Positions 14,321 to 18,053 of a DNA stretch of 18,053 bases are shown piece after piece. The position numbers and the translations under genes are program-made. Positions within the stretch are counted from its first letter, which is position 1. Every line of letters starts with the position of its first letter. The notes beneath the pieces are model-generated. The model was not told the DNA's origin. It did not search any database and worked only from the letters and a program-made list of their open reading frames with translations. The DNA is from a virus: the IMG/VR virus record IMGVR_UViG_3300045988_162755, positions 1-18,053 of that record. The stretch is one strand, 5' to 3'.

Positions 14321-15864
14321 TATTCTCCCTCACTTTCACTTGATTCATGAAGCTGTATTCCGAAGCAACGGAACAAAGCCTTAATTGTCGCATAGATACA
14401 GATAGCGTACATTGCTATAGTTGAAGCATTGAACAGCGCACTCTTAAGCTCGTTCGGAGCGGAGTTCATATTAAAATCAAAGTCCTTTCCGAAAAGTGTA
14501 AACGTAACTGAATTTGATGATGATTGCTTACCCTGCTGAAAAGCTTTTCTCAGCTTGGCATAAGCAGGAAATTTGCTTTCTATAGCCACATTCAAATCTT
14601 TTGAGTTAGGTACAAAAAGATAGGTCACGAGCTTCTTCAAGTCGACCACGAGATTATACAGTGCAATGCCGATATTTTTAACAATAGTCCACAAACACTT
14701 GCCGAGCCATTCAAAAATGCCTAAGAAGTTGAAGAATACAAATTTCAGAGCCGCCCACAGCCAACGGAAGAAGCCTGTGAAAGCGTTCCACAGAAATTCA
14801 ACAACCGCCTTTAAAAAGTCCGATATGCCGTCCAAGTCTTGAAACATATCAAAGTTAACGTAATCTCTTATATCAGGAAAATCAGTATCTATATAATCAG
14901 ACAAAGACGGAAAGTTTTCATAATCTTTCTTTTCATCAAACGGCTCTTTCTTGTGACTATCTACAGTATCAACAAGACTATATTCATAACTTGCGGCGCA
15001 AAATCTATCCTTATATAACGCTTCATCACCCTTGCCCTTAGCCGCTATCAAGAAGAAATAAAGCTTGCCCGTATTTTCAATATCTTTGTTGCTGTTATAC
15101 CGCATAATGCCGTCACGCATAACATTCAGAGGGATTGAGCCATGCAAAGGATTTTCTTTCGTGAAATCTCCCGAAGTGTCCATAGGGAGATAGTACCACC
15201 CATCAGAGTTAGGATAATTCCATTCTGATTGATTAGACACGGCAATATTTACGTTGTATACATCATTATCATTTTTCGGTTCAAAATTAAACAAAAAGTT
15301 TTTGCTATCATCATCATAAGTAATAGAAGCTTTATATGGTTTCGCAAATGGACTTGATACATCAAGTTTATCTCCATTATTGGTAATGTTAACATTTGTA
15401 GCATAAATGTGATTAAGATTAGAATGTGATTGTTCATCATCATCAACATATAAAGAAAAAGAAGATACATCAACATTAGCACGATATTCTAAATCATCTA
15501 TGTCAGAGTTACCATAGTTCGGTATACGCGCTACAATAAATGATTGAGTAAAAGATGATGAATAGCGACCATGTGTAAGAATTAATGTATCATTAACCAA
15601 AATATCATCAGGAAGAAAGAAAATGTAATACCACCAATAATACTGTGAACTATCCTCAGAATATGTCATAATATAATGAGAATTTTCAATATCAATATTG
15701 TTATTTTTTGCATAATCAATCATTTGTGAAAATCGTTTCACACGAATAACGTTACTAGACGAACCACCACCGCTAACATCATCAGCAAACGCAGGGACGG
15801 CACAGCAGACCATAAGCACCATAGCAGAGAAGATTGACAAAAGCCGCCGAAGTTTTGTTTTCAT
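14320..15864 (-). CDS. pIII-like adsorption protein, variant 2 (514 aa); the N-terminal ~105 aa are identical to variant 1 and the remainder differs
   Basis: Same signal peptide and N-terminal domain as the gene at 2190..3764. Divergence begins at about nt 15549. A hydrophobic C-terminal region is present. Confidence 0.6.
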   Translation of the reverse strand: MKTKLRRLLSIFSAMVLMVCCAVPAFADDVSGGGSSSNVIRVKRFSQMIDYAKNNNIDIENSHYIMTYSEDSSQYYWWYYIFFLPDDILVNDTLILTHGRYSSSFTQSFIVARIPNYGNSDIDDLEYRANVDVSSFSLYVDDDEQSHSNLNHIYATNVNITNNGDKLDVSSPFAKPYKASITYDDDSKNFLFNFEPKNDNDVYNVNIAVSNQSEWNYPNSDGWYYLPMDTSGDFTKENPLHGSIPLNVMRDGIMRYNSNKDIENTGKLYFFLIAAKGKGDEALYKDRFCAASYEYSLVDTVDSHKKEPFDEKKDYENFPSLSDYIDTDFPDIRDYVNFDMFQDLDGISDFLKAVVEFLWNAFTGFFRWLWAALKFVFFNFLGIFEWLGKCLWTIVKNIGIALYNLVVDLKKLVTYLFVPNSKDLNVAIESKFPAYAKLRKAFQQGKQSSSNSVTFTLFGKDFDFNMNSAPNELKSALFNASTIAMYAICIYATIKALFRCFGIQLHESSESEGE

Positions 15865-16112
15865 ATTTTTTTCTCCTTTCTAAAATAATCAACAAGATGA
15901 CAAACAGAAAAAATAAGATGATGTATAATAAACTCCAAAAGAAAAGACAAAGTAAATCCAAATAAAGCAGTTTGTTTAGGTGTAGTAAAGGGATATGAAA
16001 TTATACTATTAAAAGTAATTACATGAAAAACTATAAAGGGGGCAATGAAAAGCCAAGTATCAAGCATACAAAGCATAAAGTTAATTATATGAAATAGTTT
16101 TCTATTTATCAT
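15861..16112 (-). CDS. 83-aa membrane protein (identical to the 1942..2193 product)
   Basis: Mirror copy. Confidence 0.6.
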   Translation of the reverse strand: MINRKLFHIINFMLCMLDTWLFIAPFIVFHVITFNSIISYPFTTPKQTALFGFTLSFLLEFIIHHLIFSVCHLVDYFRKEKKI

Positions 16113-16135
16113 AATTCCCCCTTAAAAATTAGCAT

Positions 16136-16167
16136 AATAAAAGGGCAGTTCACTGAATGAACTGCCC
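16136..16167 (-). terminator. rho-independent terminator after the major coat gene (mirror of 1887..1918)
   Basis: Same hairpin and T run on the minus strand. Confidence 0.8.
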
Positions 16168-16182
16168 TCGTTGCTATCAGGC

Positions 16183-16371
16183 TTACGCCTTTACGTACTT
16201 TTTGAACATTCTGATAGCAATGCCGATTACAGTTGTCAGAGTTATCACAGGGATAAGAGCGACGATAGAATCGGAAACGCCCTGAATAGCAGAGTTAGCG
16301 AACTGTTTCATAAGTTCACCGACATTTACGAGAGTATTGCCACCTTCTGCAGTTGTAGAAACAGGATTCAT
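16183..16371 (-). CDS. inovirus major coat protein (identical copy)
   Basis: Mirror of 1683..1871. Confidence 0.8.
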   Translation of the reverse strand: MNPVSTTAEGGNTLVNVGELMKQFANSAIQGVSDSIVALIPVITLTTVIGIAIRMFKKYVKA

Positions 16372-16388
16372 TAACACATTCTCCTTTC

Positions 16389-16613
16389 TTAATTAATTAA
16401 GCTATATATCCACTTGCCAAACTTGATGACAAGATAAATACCGATAGATATTGTTATCAAAAAGCATATAGTGCCTAAATATGAAATTGTAATATTTTGA
16501 TTATTGATTATAGTGTGCTGATTTTCGATAACAGCCGACATAGTATATTCATCAGTCTGCTCAGAGGTAGAAACAGACGATACATCAATTTGTGAAGAAG
16601 TGACATCATTCAA
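16389..16613 (-). CDS. small membrane protein (mirror of 1441..1665)
   Basis: Mirror copy. Confidence 0.35.
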   Translation of the reverse strand: MNDVTSSQIDVSSVSTSEQTDEYTMSAVIENQHTIINNQNITISYLGTICFLITISIGIYLVIKFGKWIYSLIN

Positions 16614-16779
16614 CGCCCACAACCTCAATTCCCTGAGCCTGCCGCTCCAGTTCCTTAACACGGAACTGCAGTTTAGAAATTTCTTTATTTTTCTTATCAA
16701 TTGCCTTAAAGCAACGAGTAAGGCAATAAAACAGGGCAAGCGCCACCACCAAGCAAAAATAAAGTGCGTATACTGTCAT
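16606..16779 (-). CDS. small 57-aa membrane protein (mirror of 1275..1448)
   Basis: Mirror copy. Confidence 0.5.
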   Translation of the reverse strand: MTVYALYFCLVVALALFYCLTRCFKAIDKKNKEISKLQFRVKELERQAQGIEVVGVE

Positions 16780-16791
16780 GTTCAAGCCCCC

Positions 16792-17097
16792 TTAGATAAT
16801 GACCGCTTCAAGCTTCTTCTTATCGTTGTAGAAATACTGGATTTCCGTTCCGACAAGTTCTCCGATATCTTTCATAGACACATCTTTGCCGAACACGTTT
16901 CCTCTTTCGCTCCAAGCACACTTGCAGTCATTGGCGATAGTGTAACCGACACCCTGAACGAAATTTGAATCATCTGCCAACTTGTTTTCTATAGGCTTTT
17001 GCACCTGTAGCACCAAGTTGTCATAGTCGATTGATTTTCCGTTATCGTCCGTAAATGTGCCTTTCTTGTGGATTGCTCCTATAAGTATTCCTCTCAT
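16792..17097 (-). CDS. hypothetical 101-aa protein, gene V-like by position (mirror of 957..1262)
   Basis: Mirror copy. Confidence 0.3.
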   Translation of the reverse strand: MRGILIGAIHKKGTFTDDNGKSIDYDNLVLQVQKPIENKLADDSNFVQGVGYTIANDCKCAWSERGNVFGKDVSMKDIGELVGTEIQYFYNDKKKLEAVII

Positions 17098-17142
17098 GTT
17101 TTTTCCTTTCTGCGGTTGAGGTTATCCGCTCACCTTTACTTT

Positions 17143-17216
17143 GCGTTTAGGTCATATGTAACCTACAATTAGCATTATAGGTCACATATAGCCTATTGTC
17201 AAGACTTTTAAGGTCA
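17143..17216. promoter_or_regulatory. divergent promoter/operator region (mirror of 838..911)
   Basis: Mirror copy. Confidence 0.6.
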
Positions 17217-17263
17217 CTTGTGATATAATTTGTTTACTTAAACAAAATTAAGGTAATTAAATT

Positions 17264-17611
17264 ATGATAAATAACCAAAAGTGTAACAACAAAGGAGTGA
17301 CAAAAATTAGTACAAATTATTATCCAAGGTTGAAAGACCTCAGAGAGGACAAAGATTTAAGCCAAGAAGATGTGGCAAGAATACTAGGGACAGAGCAATC
17401 ATATTATGCCAAGTATGAAAACGGCGTAAGACCAATCCCATTTGAAAGAGTAATAAAGCTTGCGATTTTTTATGATGTGAGCATTGACTATATAGCAGGA
17501 TTGACAAATGACAAGCGCGGCAGAGGATACAAGGAGCAAAGCAACGGAAAATACAACATAACACAGAAAAACAGCCCTAAGGCTGTTATCAAAATCAAGG
17601 AGGAAAAGTAA
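17264..17611 (+). CDS. XRE-family HTH regulator (identical copy)
   Basis: Mirror of 443..790. Confidence 0.75.
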   Translation: MINNQKCNNKGVTKISTNYYPRLKDLREDKDLSQEDVARILGTEQSYYAKYENGVRPIPFERVIKLAIFYDVSIDYIAGLTNDKRGRGYKEQSNGKYNITQKNSPKAVIKIKEEK

Positions 17612-17818
17612 ATGGAAGCGGTATTAACAACCTTAACATTTTGGTTTATAGCCGGGCTAATCGTATTTATACTGATAATCATATCAATCATTGGAACATG
17701 GTTTGAAGCACGTGAAATGCGCAAGGAACTGGAGCAGGTCAACGCATACCTTGCAACGCTGAATGATAACTTAATAATAGGCTTCCAAAACAATGACCGC
17801 CAAAGTCGCAACTTCTGA
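17612..17818 (+). CDS. small membrane protein downstream of the XRE regulator (identical copy)
   Basis: RBS aaggagg 8 nt upstream. Confidence 0.55.
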   Translation: MEAVLTTLTFWFIAGLIVFILIIISIIGTWFEAREMRKELEQVNAYLATLNDNLIIGFQNNDRQSRNF

Positions 17819-18053
17819 GAGCCTGCCGCCCTCGTTCCTGCTTTCCTGAGCTGTCGCTCTTGCCGTCCTGCGGAGCTTGTGCGCTTTTCTGCACTGTGCT
17901 GTCGCCCCTGCCGTGCTGTTTCACCCTTGTGGAGCTTGTGCGCTCCCCCTGCACTGTGCCTGTTTCTCCCTTGTGGAGTTTGTGCGCTCCCCCTGCACTG
18001 TGCTGTCGCCCCTGCCGTGCTGTTTCTCCCTTGTGGAGTTTGTGCGCTCCCCC
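17819..18053. repeat. GC-rich ~60-bp tandem repeat array (mirror of 1..235)
   Basis: Reverse complement of 1..235. Confidence 0.8.

Larger units (their letters stand above)
9502..17818 (-). mobile_element. Inovirus-like integrated prophage B: XRE and coat module, pIII-2, Zot-2, IG, gpA/gII-type rep, int-2, accessory RHH and Cys-rich genes, towards tRNA-fMet
   Basis: Gene content and order. The inner boundary is uncertain; it may lie anywhere between ~9500 and ~10200. Confidence 0.45.

Noticed and set aside
15249-15482. 77-aa Met/Leu-rich ORF (minus strand) inside pIII variant 2
   Set aside because: It is an alternate frame of an AT-rich coding region, with no independent support.

Overview
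Low-GC, Firmicutes-like window containing two convergently arranged, related but non-identical filamentous-phage (inovirus-like) prophage modules. They flank a divergently transcribed tRNA-Pro(GGG) / initiator tRNA-fMet(CAT) pair. No BLAST or HMM search was possible, so every product call rests on motifs I could read directly in the ORF translations.

The window is mirror-symmetric: position x matches the reverse complement of 18054-x. The arms are essentially perfect for about 2.5 kb (1..~2505 versus ~15549..18053), similarity then decays, and the central ~12.6 kb is unique. Each arm carries, from the outer edge inward:
- GC-rich ~60-bp tandem repeats at the outer edge;
- an XRE-type repressor followed by a small membrane protein;
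- a divergent consensus sigma-70 promoter with operators;
- a 101-aa gene V-like candidate and small membrane proteins;
- a typical inovirus major coat protein with its attenuating terminator;
- an 83-aa membrane protein;
- the N-terminal ~105 residues of a pIII-like adsorption protein.

Inside the arms the two phages differ completely:
- The left phage has pIII variant 1 (524 aa), Zot-like ATPase 1, an RHH regulator and a tyrosine integrase. Its replication module is eukaryotic-CRESS-like: a stem-loop whose loop reads TAGTATTAC, flanked by iterons, followed by a Rep with HUH motifs I-III fused to an SF3 helicase.
- The right phage has pIII variant 2 (514 aa), Zot-like ATPase 2, a φX174 gpA / gpII-type two-tyrosine RCR Rep, a hairpin-rich intergenic region, a different tyrosine integrase, a second RHH protein and a Cys-rich miniprotein.

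No pIV secretin is present, as expected for Gram-positive inoviruses. Other observations are a candidate small RNA with its own consensus promoter and terminator, operator-like repeat arrays next to both RHH genes, and a perfect 21-bp in-frame duplication. The exact mirror symmetry running to the window ends could reflect a contig bounded by collapsed inverted repeats; an inverted-duplication amplification artefact would not give a diverged centre.
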